64,000 nucleotides of DNA from a virus, in IMG/VR virus record IMGVR_UViG_3300027969_000058, positions 32,001-96,000 of that record; one strand, 5' to 3'. Shown piece by piece: positions 36,623-45,900 of the stretch. The first letter of the stretch is position 1; the number at the start of each line of letters is the position of its first letter. The notes below the pieces were generated by a model. It did no database searches. It was not told the origin of the DNA and was given only the letters and a program-made list of their open reading frames with translations. The position numbers and the translations under genes are program-made.

Positions 36623-36970
36623 TTATAAGCCGAGGAACTTTAATACATGTGGGAAGTTAATAGCGTTGATCCAGCCTGCGCCTGCGGCAAACGCTAAACC
36701 TGCCATAGCATACAGTGTGACTTTGTTTTTGATTTTTTCTAAACCGTTGATCTTTTCAAAGATCTCGTCGTGTTGCTTGTTGCTGGCATCTGCCATCTCA
36801 CACAGTTTCTTGTCCAGCAAGTCACGGGTGTTGTCCAAACAATCGTGCATGTCTTTGACGTCTGCCTTGAGTTCGTCAAGTTTACTTTCTATTTGGTGTA
36901 CTTTGGTTTCAACTACCGCTACACGCTCTGGTAACGTAGCCAATTGTGCTACTGCTTCTTTTGTGGCCAT
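36623..36970 (-). CDS. Coiled-coil protein with C-terminal TM (XhlA/holin-like architecture)
   Basis: ERVAVVETKV... heptads followed by a TM; start reassigned to MATKE with SD GGAG. Confidence 0.6.
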   Translation of the reverse strand: MATKEAVAQLATLPERVAVVETKVHQIESKLDELKADVKDMHDCLDNTRDLLDKKLCEMADASNKQHDEIFEKINGLEKIKNKVTLYAMAGLAFAAGAGWINAINFPHVLKFLGL

Positions 36971-37070
36971 AATTAGGCATTCTCCAATGTTATAAGTCAG
37001 GGGTTCGCTCAGAACCATGTGCCTACTGTATGATTGAAATGCCTAATGTGTAAAATGCCTACTGTTATAT

Positions 37071-37478
37071 TTAGCTTCTTAAGTAAAAAACAATATTTCG
37101 AGATGCCCCATCGGTTACAAATACATTGTAGTTTTGTTCAATACTTTCGCTAAGTCCTGCGATATACGGTACTCCGTTAAAGTCAGTTATCATATAGCCT
37201 ACAGGATTCTCGTTATGTTCAAATAATCGATCACGTTCTGTATAAAAGTCAAATGCCCATATTCTAATAATTTCGTTAGTATTAAATCCTAATGCAGTGC
37301 CAACGCTGTTGATTAACTGTGGCGGAGTAGTAAACGATATATTTGCCCTAATACCAAGTGTTTGTATAACTGTTTGAAAGTTTTGTTCTTTCCAGCGTAA
37401 TTCTTCTTTGCCCAGTTCGCTTCTATATTGCCCGGTATGTGTAATATCAACTGTGGTGTATAAACTGTAATTCATCAC
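37071..37478 (-). CDS. Hypothetical protein
   Basis: TTVDIT.TG...Q.NFQT..Q.LGIRAN. Confidence 0.7.
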   Translation of the reverse strand: MMNYSLYTTVDITHTGQYRSELGKEELRWKEQNFQTVIQTLGIRANISFTTPPQLINSVGTALGFNTNEIIRIWAFDFYTERDRLFEHNENPVGYMITDFNGVPYIAGLSESIEQNYNVFVTDGASRNIVFYLRS

Positions 37479-37493
37479 GTATTTAACAGAGGT

Positions 37494-37520
37494 AAAAAAG
37501 CCTGCTATAAAAGCAGGCTT
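37494..37520 (-). terminator. Rho-independent terminator
   Basis: AAGCCTGCT-TTTAT-AGCAGGCTT followed by TTTT. Confidence 0.8.
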
Positions 37521-37549
37521 AGTCTTCCCATCCCGGGGTAAGTCGTTAA

Positions 37550-37918
37550 TTACTTAGCTGGTGTAAAGATTGCTTCGATACTAACAGTAACACCTGCAAT
37601 AGCCATGTCAGCATCAGCAACTGTTAGGTCGCCTGTGCCTTGAACACGCAAGAATACATTGTCAGTTGTTCCGCTAACGAAAGCTGAACCGTCTGCTGTA
37701 CCAACTGCTGCAACTGTGAATGCTGAATCACCTGTTCCACCAGAACCGTGTGCAGTTGTGATGTAACCAATGATTGAAGACAAGTCAGCGTCTGTTAAGT
37801 TTGTACCTGCAACCTTAACGATCAGCTCGCGGCCGACGTCAGCTTGGTTGATTTGGTGCTTTAAATAATTTGCGCCAACTGTTGTTGCGCCTACTACTAC
37901 TGAAATATTTGATGGCAT
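37550..37918 (-). CDS. Small probable capsid decoration/structural protein
   Basis: Ala/Gly/Thr/Val-rich; strong SD AGGAG, own TAAATA box and terminator. Confidence 0.7.
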   Translation of the reverse strand: MPSNISVVVGATTVGANYLKHQINQADVGRELIVKVAGTNLTDADLSSIIGYITTAHGSGGTGDSAFTVAAVGTADGSAFVSGTTDNVFLRVQGTGDLTVADADMAIAGVTVSIEAIFTPAK

Positions 37919-38029
37919 AATAATTCTCCTCTGGATATGCTATTCAACTACTCACACTCTGTGAGCCTTTGTAATAATATTTATCCAAACTCTGGAAAAA
38001 TGTTCAGTAAGAGTACAGTTTTAGTGACT

Positions 38030-38683
38030 TTATTTTAATGGGTTTGACAGTACTTGATCAATATCTTGTAGTAGGTCAAATTGCGGCATATATGTTCTAT
38101 ATGCATTTAAAATGCGGGCGGCAGTGTTTGATACGTCACTATCCACTGGATTATTGTAGCTTAATAATCTGCGTATTTCTTTGTAAAGTGCTGTGTTAAT
38201 TCCCAGAGCCTGTTCAAGCTGCATTAAAAAATAAACATTGCGACTGCTTTCGCTGTTAATGGTGTATAACCATCCATTTAGTGCCATGGTAGGTAAATGT
38301 ATGCGTTCACGAGCTTTACGTGCATCTGATGAATGGAATATTTGTTCAACTCGTCGAGGGTCTGCTTGTACAAAATATACTAAATTATGCAGGTCAGTTG
38401 CACCGGATCTAAACTCTGTATAGTTACTATACATACAGGTAGTCTTAGCATATCTTTCTGCAATTTTTTTACCGTTCTTTAATCTTGATAAGAATTCAAT
38501 GGTAAGCACAGTAAGGTACAATAATTCGCAGGCACCACTGTAGGTTAATTTTAGATCGCTTTCACTGCGTAGCATTCGAGCTTCTTTTAATTCTTTGATA
38601 AAGCTCATCATGCCTGTAGGTTTTGATTCATAGTCTAAACTATGGCCGCCTGCCATTAACGCTCTTTCCATTTCTGTAAACAT
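38030..38683 (-). CDS. Hypothetical protein
   Basis: ME.ALM.GGHSL N-terminus; coupled to the upstream gene. Confidence 0.7.
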   Translation of the reverse strand: MFTEMERALMAGGHSLDYESKPTGMMSFIKELKEARMLRSESDLKLTYSGACELLYLTVLTIEFLSRLKNGKKIAERYAKTTCMYSNYTEFRSGATDLHNLVYFVQADPRRVEQIFHSSDARKARERIHLPTMALNGWLYTINSESSRNVYFLMQLEQALGINTALYKEIRRLLSYNNPVDSDVSNTAARILNAYRTYMPQFDLLQDIDQVLSNPLK

Positions 38684-39834
38684 TATGTAGGTGTCCAGCG
38701 TTTACGAGGTACAAGTTTAACGTTGCCAAATTGTTTGTTTTTATCGGCATAGCGTACACGCCCTTCACCTTCAGTATCCCAAATTTCTCCTTGGGCACCG
38801 CTTTCAATTTGTTGTATAACGTCGTCTTTAAGTTCCATTATCTGAGTAACAAGACTAAACACAGCTTCTAATGCATTTTGATTTAGCTGTGCTAACTCTT
38901 TAATCTTGGTCTGCTTATTAGTACTGACCTTGCTGGTAGTAAGCCAATTAAAGAAGGCATTAGCATTTAGATTAGCGAGCTGTTTGGCCTTAGCAGTTTG
39001 GTTAACAAAGGTATAGAGTATATTTTTAAGGTCGCCAAGTCCTGGAGTTTCTTGTAAAAAACTATCTATACCCTTAGCGTTCTGTTTAAGATATGCTTCA
39101 ACTGCTGCGATTTTATCGCTGCCGACACTCACAGGTGAGGAATTATAAACTGGGCCTTGTACAATTAATTGTGCCGTGCCGTTAAACATGCTGAAGTCGT
39201 CTAATGGCTTTTGTTCATCGTCTGGCATGCCAAACTGTGGAAAAAATGCATGTCCCACAACCATTACCTGTGCGTTGGCAATACGTTGCCCAAGTTCACT
39301 GTCTGCTCTTACGTGATAGCAAGTCTTTGATTTAGGATTAGGACAGAATGTATAAACACCTTGTTGATCTACTGCTGGTTGTTGTAAAAATAATCCGTCA
39401 GCGTAGACAAAGCCCACAAAGTCACGGGGTGTAGCTTTGTCAAATAACGGATATAGCGATGCAAATTGTTTGGCAAATTGATCACGTGCTCGCTTGTCTT
39501 CTGGGGTCTTAGGTGTACCGCTTTTGTTAGCAATAAAATCTTCTACTTCTTCTGGGCTTGTGGTCATTGCACCACGGCTCCAACCATTATGTCCAGCTAA
39601 CACTAACGGGCCGCCTCGCGTTGCACGGCCCCAATATATTTGAGGATTACCGTCCCATTTCATACGTACAGTTTGACTGCCTTCTTCTGTGGCAATTTCT
39701 CTAACGTGTGCAAGAGCTTCAAGCGTTCCATTACTGCCATGGAAGAATACGAGATCTTCCAGATGGTTAAATGCACGGCCAAGTTTTTTCTTGGCAGCTA
39801 CCTCTGCTTCTTTTAAGAATTCATTTGCTCTCAT
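38683..39834 (-). CDS. KxDG-motif ligase-like protein (DUF6267-like)
   Basis: HLEDL, MKWDGNPQIYWG, EGEG.V and KLV.R resemble covalent nucleotidyltransferase motifs I, IV and V. Confidence 0.6.
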   Translation of the reverse strand: MRANEFLKEAEVAAKKKLGRAFNHLEDLVFFHGSNGTLEALAHVREIATEEGSQTVRMKWDGNPQIYWGRATRGGPLVLAGHNGWSRGAMTTSPEEVEDFIANKSGTPKTPEDKRARDQFAKQFASLYPLFDKATPRDFVGFVYADGLFLQQPAVDQQGVYTFCPNPKSKTCYHVRADSELGQRIANAQVMVVGHAFFPQFGMPDDEQKPLDDFSMFNGTAQLIVQGPVYNSSPVSVGSDKIAAVEAYLKQNAKGIDSFLQETPGLGDLKNILYTFVNQTAKAKQLANLNANAFFNWLTTSKVSTNKQTKIKELAQLNQNALEAVFSLVTQIMELKDDVIQQIESGAQGEIWDTEGEGRVRYADKNKQFGNVKLVPRKRWTPT

Positions 39835-40583
39835 ATTTTATTCAACACGTTACGGAACCATTCTTGTGGTCCTTCTTCGGCAACTTTATCTTGCTTTTTT
39901 GGACTCCAATTAGGATCCTCTTCGGCTCGGGCAAGTAATGCCTGTGCTTGCTCTTCAGGCAATGATTTCAATATAGCTTCTACACTACCAAGACTCTTTG
40001 ATGTTGCCTTTGGACTAATAAGTCGCTGTGCTATTTCATCAAGGTCATCGCTGACAAATTCGCCTTTTTTACCTTCAGCGGTTCTACTGAACAAGCCTTG
40101 CCAAGCTGACCACATATAACCTTTTTGTTTGGCCAAGATGGCCATGACCAACTGTTTGTTTACACCTTTATATGGGCTTTTATCTGGAATATCATGTGTG
40201 TGAAATTTACTGATTCTGTCTGCCTTAGGAGTAATCATTATATCTACTTGGTGGGCTTCGGTACCAACTGGCACACGAACATGTACGTTGATACCAGTTT
40301 GTGCAGTTTGTAAACCCTGAGCTGAAATAAAATCACTTAACGCTCTACGTGCAGATTTGGCATCTTTTGATTTAAAAAAATTAACTACTTGTTCTTCGTC
40401 AGCAATAACATCCATGTCACCACTTTTCTTGCCAGCTTTTGGAGTAGCTGCTGATCCAACTGGGATCACAGAAAGGCCTGCGCCTGCTACTGCTCGTTGT
40501 ACTTTATTTAAAATCTCTGGCACCAATGCGTGATCAAATGGTGTAACATCCGGAAATACATTTCCGCCTTCAAGCAGTATCAT
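39831..40583 (-). CDS. Pol-beta superfamily nucleotidyltransferase
   Basis: VGSAA....KSGDMDV and QVDIM. Confidence 0.72.
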   Translation of the reverse strand: MILLEGGNVFPDVTPFDHALVPEILNKVQRAVAGAGLSVIPVGSAATPKAGKKSGDMDVIADEEQVVNFFKSKDAKSARRALSDFISAQGLQTAQTGINVHVRVPVGTEAHQVDIMITPKADRISKFHTHDIPDKSPYKGVNKQLVMAILAKQKGYMWSAWQGLFSRTAEGKKGEFVSDDLDEIAQRLISPKATSKSLGSVEAILKSLPEEQAQALLARAEEDPNWSPKKQDKVAEEGPQEWFRNVLNKI

Positions 40584-40830
40584 CTCTGTTTTCCTGTATT
40601 TTTTTAATGCCGCGCTTAAATTTCGCTGGCTCTGCTGTTCTAATAGCGTTTATAAATCGACGCTCAAGCTCGGCTGCTGTTTCAAGGTCGTAATTTTCTC
40701 TAATTAACGATAATAAGTTAATTGCACTTTCAATAAGGTTAGAACCGCGACTTTCGATTACTAAATCTTTGTTACGATTTACACCTAAATCACTCAATTC
40801 TTGTAGGATTGACCTTGTACTTTTTCTCAT
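40570..40830 (-). CDS. Hypothetical protein
   Basis: TRSILQEL...IESR..NLIESAINL...; first gene of the leftward block. Confidence 0.7.
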   Translation of the reverse strand: MRKSTRSILQELSDLGVNRNKDLVIESRGSNLIESAINLLSLIRENYDLETAAELERRFINAIRTAEPAKFKRGIKKIQENRDDTA

Positions 40831-40961
40831 GTTTCAGCATTCCTTTGCTATATTTACCGTTTTTGCAAAGTAAAATAAAAATGTTGCAATGCCAGGTAAA
40901 AAGACTAAATATATTAGTAGAAACCATGAGTCTCTACACACACTTACACAAGGATTATAGC

Positions 40962-41141
40962 ATGAAATTCATATCAGAGCAAATGATTAGAGTAATGGAA
41001 CGTTTATCAGAAATGTTTCCAGGATCTAATTATCAAAGCAGCTTAGACGCTTATCTAAGCACCAAAGGCATTACCGATGCCGCCCAGTTGGAAAACTATA
41101 TCCAACAATACCACTATTCTCAAAAGGAAAAAAATATATGA
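40962..41141 (+). CDS. Small protein (59 aa, DUF3563-like)
   Basis: ACACAAGGA SD; LDAYLS.K...DAAQLE..I pattern. Confidence 0.6.
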   Translation: MKFISEQMIRVMERLSEMFPGSNYQSSLDAYLSTKGITDAAQLENYIQQYHYSQKEKNI

Positions 41142-41242
41142 AAAAAATTATCAACACAATTTACGAAGGTCTAATTAACTGGGCAGAAATGATCCATGAG
41201 TATCGTCAAAGCTCTGCAAGCAGATATCATTATTGGAAGTAA
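41138..41242 (+). CDS. Microprotein (34 aa)
   Basis: MKKIINTIYEGLINWAEMIHEYRQ...; ATGA overlap and AAGGA SD. Confidence 0.55.
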   Translation: MKKIINTIYEGLINWAEMIHEYRQSSASRYHYWK

Positions 41243-41244
41243 TC

Positions 41245-41328
41245 ATGGACATAGAATTAGTAGCAATTCAGATTATTGTGTTTGGCATAATAATTCTTGT
41301 ATACATGACGCAGGAGTTTTTTAAATGA
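41245..41328 (+). CDS. Single-TM microprotein (27 aa)
   Basis: MDIELVAIQIIVFGIIILVYMTQEFFK; 2 nt after the previous stop. Confidence 0.5.
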   Translation: MDIELVAIQIIVFGIIILVYMTQEFFK

Positions 41329-41423
41329 ATTTTATAGAAACTCTCATAATGTTACTACGCTGGAAACAAGAAGGATGGGAAGTACATCCTATTATCACTG
41401 GCGAGTTCGAAGGCTGGGTTTAA
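41325..41423 (+). CDS. Microprotein (32 aa)
   Basis: MNFIETLIMLLRWKQEGWEVHP...; AGGAG SD and ATGA overlap. Confidence 0.55.
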   Translation: MNFIETLIMLLRWKQEGWEVHPIITGEFEGWV

Positions 41424-41436
41424 ATCACCATATCGC

Positions 41437-41470
41437 TTTACAGACACTACAGTTGTCTGTATAATAAATA
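41437..41470 (+). promoter_or_regulatory. sigma70 promoter with 8-bp palindromic operator-like repeat and overlapping TAAATA
   Basis: TTTACA-17 nt-TATAAT-AAATA; TACAGACA-N7-TGTCTGTA. Confidence 0.7.
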
Positions 41471-41500
41471 CATTACACATATACACACAAGGAGAATAAT

Positions 41501-41776
41501 ATGTTCACACCAGATTTCTACATTGATTTATTTCAATCATCAAAGCGTCAGTTAACCAACCAAGTTTACAAAGACGACACACTTAACAAAGCCTGCAATG
41601 CATTTATCGACGCTCAAACAGCGTTTGCTAAAATGATGGTTAAAAATTACATTGATTTATCTGCACACAGTGCGGACGCTATCAGTAAAGTTTTGTTCCC
41701 TAAAAAGGAAGAAACAGTCAAGTCCAAGACTGCTAAAAAATCAGACAATACAGACATTAACACACAAGGAGAATAA
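41501..41776 (+). CDS. Phasin-like helical protein
   Basis: Amphipathic helix, FIDAQTAFAK; strong SD. Confidence 0.55.
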   Translation: MFTPDFYIDLFQSSKRQLTNQVYKDDTLNKACNAFIDAQTAFAKMMVKNYIDLSAHSADAISKVLFPKKEETVKSKTAKKSDNTDINTQGE

Positions 41777-41777
41777 T

Positions 41778-42041
41778 ATGTCATTTGAAACAAAATTACC
41801 AGAAGTTAAATTCAACAAGAACGGCTACGAAATCCGCACAGATATCTTGGGTATGGCCAAGGATTTAGTTAGCGATGACTTTCATGTCAAGTTCCAGGGT
41901 TGGGAAATGACTGCCGCTCGTGACGAAAAGACTGGTCAGATCGTTACCACAGTGGGCATGCCAAGCCACCCAGGTCTTGAGAAAGTTTTGGAAACAGCAG
42001 AGAAAATGTACGCCTTTGTCAATACTGGCGCTAAAAAATAA
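41778..42041 (+). CDS. Hypothetical protein (87 aa)
   Basis: NGYEIRTDILGMAKD...AEKMYAFV; RBS identical to that of the previous gene. Confidence 0.7.
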   Translation: MSFETKLPEVKFNKNGYEIRTDILGMAKDLVSDDFHVKFQGWEMTAARDEKTGQIVTTVGMPSHPGLEKVLETAEKMYAFVNTGAKK

Positions 42042-42081
42042 TTATATACGCTTATAGAGCAAACTATATTATACTATAAAC

Positions 42082-42108
42082 AAAAAGGACTCTTCGGAGT
42101 CCTTTTTT
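42082..42108. terminator. Bidirectional terminator between convergent genes
   Basis: AAAAAGGACTC-TTCG-GAGTCCTTTTTT. Confidence 0.92.
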
Positions 42109-42742
42109 ATTGCCACGCTACCATTTTAAATCGTTCACGTGGAATATTGAAATAGTCACACTTCCAATGGCTCTGTTCAAAGAAGTCCAAGTGATGCCAC
42201 TTGTCCTTATGTTCAAGTATTTGCTGTGCCGCATCATCCCAGTCTATAGTAGCCAGTTTAGCCTGTACCTGTAGTTTGCGTACTTGCACTTCTTCATAGT
42301 CAAAGCCATCGTATTCCCAGTGTAGGACTTCAAAAGCGTTACCTGCTCTATCTACATAATCCATTGAAAAGTCTAAACCCCACTTGGGTCGCAGGGCTAT
42401 TAACTTATTAACTAACGGAATAGTCTTGGCCCAGAACCGTAACTCTGCCAATGCTTCACCTGCGTAGGCCTTGCGTTCAAACAGTAGGCTGTGATTTAAT
42501 ACAGCACCTTCAACACGATCTAACTGTGTAAACCAATCTTGTTTGACTGCACGGATATGTTCTCTATGTTTCTTAGGTTTAACCCAGTTGCCGTAGGCAA
42601 AGTGTTGTTCAATAACAGTTAGATCATAACCGTTTTGATCAAACAGGGCAAGATCCTCTGGTGTTGGAAGATATACTAACTTGGCTATGGGCTTGTCCCA
42701 GTAACCGTTTGGATTTAACAGATTATCTGTTAAGTGAATCAT
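42107..42742 (-). CDS. Hypothetical protein
   Basis: FDQNGYDL, PKWGLDFSMDY; aromatic-rich. Confidence 0.75.
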   Translation of the reverse strand: MIHLTDNLLNPNGYWDKPIAKLVYLPTPEDLALFDQNGYDLTVIEQHFAYGNWVKPKKHREHIRAVKQDWFTQLDRVEGAVLNHSLLFERKAYAGEALAELRFWAKTIPLVNKLIALRPKWGLDFSMDYVDRAGNAFEVLHWEYDGFDYEEVQVRKLQVQAKLATIDWDDAAQQILEHKDKWHHLDFFEQSHWKCDYFNIPRERFKMVAWQ

Positions 42743-42747
42743 TTAAC

Positions 42748-42960
42748 TTAGGTAGTTGTAGTCCAAGGACGACCTTCAACAAGTCCACCGGTGTTGGCAT
42801 TGTCTGTAACAGCATTGCCTGTGTATTGTGTGGGCAATTGTGTAATATTGTAGGTTGCTCGAGGATTGCCATCTGCCGCACGTTTGGTCGCTGCCAAATC
42901 AAGTTTAGCCTTTTGACGTAATTCTTTAGTTGATAATGTTGATATGCCGTTAAGTGCCAT
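42748..42960 (-). CDS. Small probable virion protein
   Basis: MALNGISTL...; TAAATA box and GAGG SD upstream. Confidence 0.7.
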   Translation of the reverse strand: MALNGISTLSTKELRQKAKLDLAATKRAADGNPRATYNITQLPTQYTGNAVTDNANTGGLVEGRPWTTTT

Positions 42961-42980
42961 GTTATACCTCTTCCTAATAT

Positions 42981-45900
42981 TTATCCTATCCAAATCTGCT
43001 TAGAAGATCCCGAACCTGCTATCACTCGTACTTCGCCAGACTCACCGCCCAACTTCAACGATGCAGGTTCATTCGAGTACTCTTGTTTGAACAGTGTATA
43101 GCCCTTGGTGAAACTGTAGCCCATAATATCACCAACGTGATTTACAGGATAGTACATTCGAGTTACACCAAGATTGTCAATTAGATCAAGATCTACATAT
43201 GAACTATTGATGTCACTTCTACTGCTCTGTGTTAGATAATCAGCAGTAATGTTAATTGTAGGATCTTGAACTATGTTAGATACTATGGTGTTGCTGGCTT
43301 CAGCCATCAAGTCTGACACAGTGACATTGCTCACTGCCATAGTCATACTTGTTGCCACTTCTGCACCTAACTGATTGACTGAGAACACTTCAACAAAGTT
43401 GAATATCTGCTCAATGGCAGTGTCAATGTTGTAAGTAACAAACGGTATGTCATTGAAGTTGTACTTGACAGATGTACTGAAAATAGTAATCACTGCCAAT
43501 ACTGCATCATTGACATTGTTACTGATAATAGTATTAGATGCTACACTGCTCAGTTCGTTATCGCTTGTTGATGCAACTGAGATAATAACTGCCACTTGAA
43601 CATCAGCATCGAACACCAACGCTGTGGTATCAACGAAGTTGAATATTTGGACAATGGCTTCTTCGGCAACTAACTCAACAAACTGTACAGTTTCAACGTT
43701 ACTGGTTATCTCATTGCTGACAATGTCTACTACAGCCAAGTTAGTTGTGTCAGTGTATGAGTATACTACTGCTACTTGTACATCAGCGTCAACTTCATTA
43801 TTTGAAACATCAACGACATTGAATGATTGTATGACTATGTCTTCAGCAACTAACTCAACAAACTGTACAGTTTCAACATTGCTGGTTATTTCAGTGCTGA
43901 CAATGTCAACCACAGCAAGGTTAGCACTATCGTCATAGGCATATACTATTGATACTTGTACTTCGGCTGCTATTTCATTATCTGAAATATTAACAACATT
44001 GTATGATTGTATGACTATGTCTTCAGCAACTAACTCAACAAACTGTACAGTTTCAACATCGCTGGTTATTTCAGTGCTGACAATGTCTACTACAGCAAGG
44101 ACGGCACTATCAACTACATTAACTGCTCTGCTGATCAATACAGTAGCATCTATCTCACTGTCGGAAGTATCAACATAGTTGAATATCAGTTGAATTAGAT
44201 CTTCTGCGGCAACTTCTACGTCAGCATCAGAAACAACAAAACTTGTTATGGCGTTATCGCCTGTTGCACCAATGTCGGCAATGTATCCAAATTCTGCGCC
44301 GAGGTTGTGTATCTGTACAATGCCAAGGTCTGTTACGTTGGTATTATCTAACAACAGGCCTGTACCAGTGACATATGGTCCATCAGTTGGGCCATTTAGT
44401 GCATCTGATACAGATATTGTTATTGTATAAGAACTGTCTGGCTGTTCTTCTACAACTATATCACTGATAGTTCCATAATAGACAAACGGTGAGCCGTCAA
44501 TTAACAATCGCTGGCCACGGTTTGGAGCAAATACTTTATCTTCTATGGCTTTGAGCAGTGCGGCCACATCGCCAGGTTGTCCATCACTTCTGTCTTCACC
44601 TGCCAGCACAACGTCTGCCGTGTCACCAATCTTGGCATATTCGAACGGCACTTGTGGTACTGCCAACCGTACTTTGATGGCTTTGTCGTAGAGATCCAGA
44701 TCAGCGGATTCTGGATAATTGAATATTCGTTTCTCAATTGCTGTTGCAGCCAACTCGAAGAACTGTATAGTTTCTACATTGCTGGTTATCTCATTGCTGA
44801 CAATGTCTACTACAGCCAATACAGCAGTGTCATAATATACATGTACTAATTTTACTACTACATCTGCATCTAATTCAACATCAACAGTGTTATCAACAAC
44901 GAATATCTGCTGGATAGTATCTGTAGCAGCCAATTCAAAGAACTGTACAGTATCAACGTTGCTGGTTATCTCGTTACTGACAATATCTACCAAGGCCAAT
45001 ACAGCAGTGTCATCAATGCTGAATGACTTGCTGATTACCACTGTGGCATCAATTTCTAAGGCTGTACTATCAACATAGTTAAATCGTTGTTCAATGGCTT
45101 CTGTAGCAGCAAGATCTAAGAATGAACTGTCTTGTACATTGCTGGTTATCTCATTGCTGACAATATCTACTACAGCCAACACAGCATTGTCACTGAACGA
45201 GTAGGCATTTGATATAACAACAGTAGATTCAATTTCTAAATCAGTTGTGTCTACATAATTGAATCGCTGTTCAATTGCTTCATTGACACCCATGTCAAGT
45301 GCTATGGTATTGTCAAGTTCAGTTATGTACTCAATGCTCTGTATGTCTACCAATGCCAACACAGCACTGTCGTCAACTGCATAGATTGCCGATGTAGTAA
45401 ATGTTGATGTTATCTCAATGTCTGCTGAATCGGCAATATTGGATACTTTTATAATGGCGTCAGTAGCAGTTAAGTCTAAGAATGAACTGTCTTGTACGTT
45501 ACTTGTGTATTCAATGCTCTGTATGTCTACTAATGCCAACACAGCACTATCAGCAAATACATATGCTAATGATATTACAGTTGTTGCGGCTATTTCTGTG
45601 TTGGCACTGTCAACATAATTAAATCTCTGCTCAACTGCTTCTGTAGCGGCAAGATCCAAGAATGAACTGTCTTGAACAGTGCTGGTTATCTCATTGCTGA
45701 CAATATCTACTACAGCCAACACAGCACTATCTGCAAATACATATGCTAATGAAACTACCGTTGTGGCATCAATTTCTAATGCTGTACTATCAACATAGTT
45801 GAATCTCTGCTCAACTGCTTCTGTAGCGGCAAGATCCAAGAATGAACTGTCTTGTACATTGCTTGTGTATTCAATACTCTGTATATCTACCAGGGCCAAT

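Noticed and set aside
40880-40900. TGTTGCAATGCCA as a PhaR-type operator
   Set aside because: Imperfect palindrome in a single copy; not supportable.
41120-41141. A AAA AAT as a third slippery site
   Set aside because: The next ORF has its own SD and an ATGA overlap; ordinary coupling explains it.
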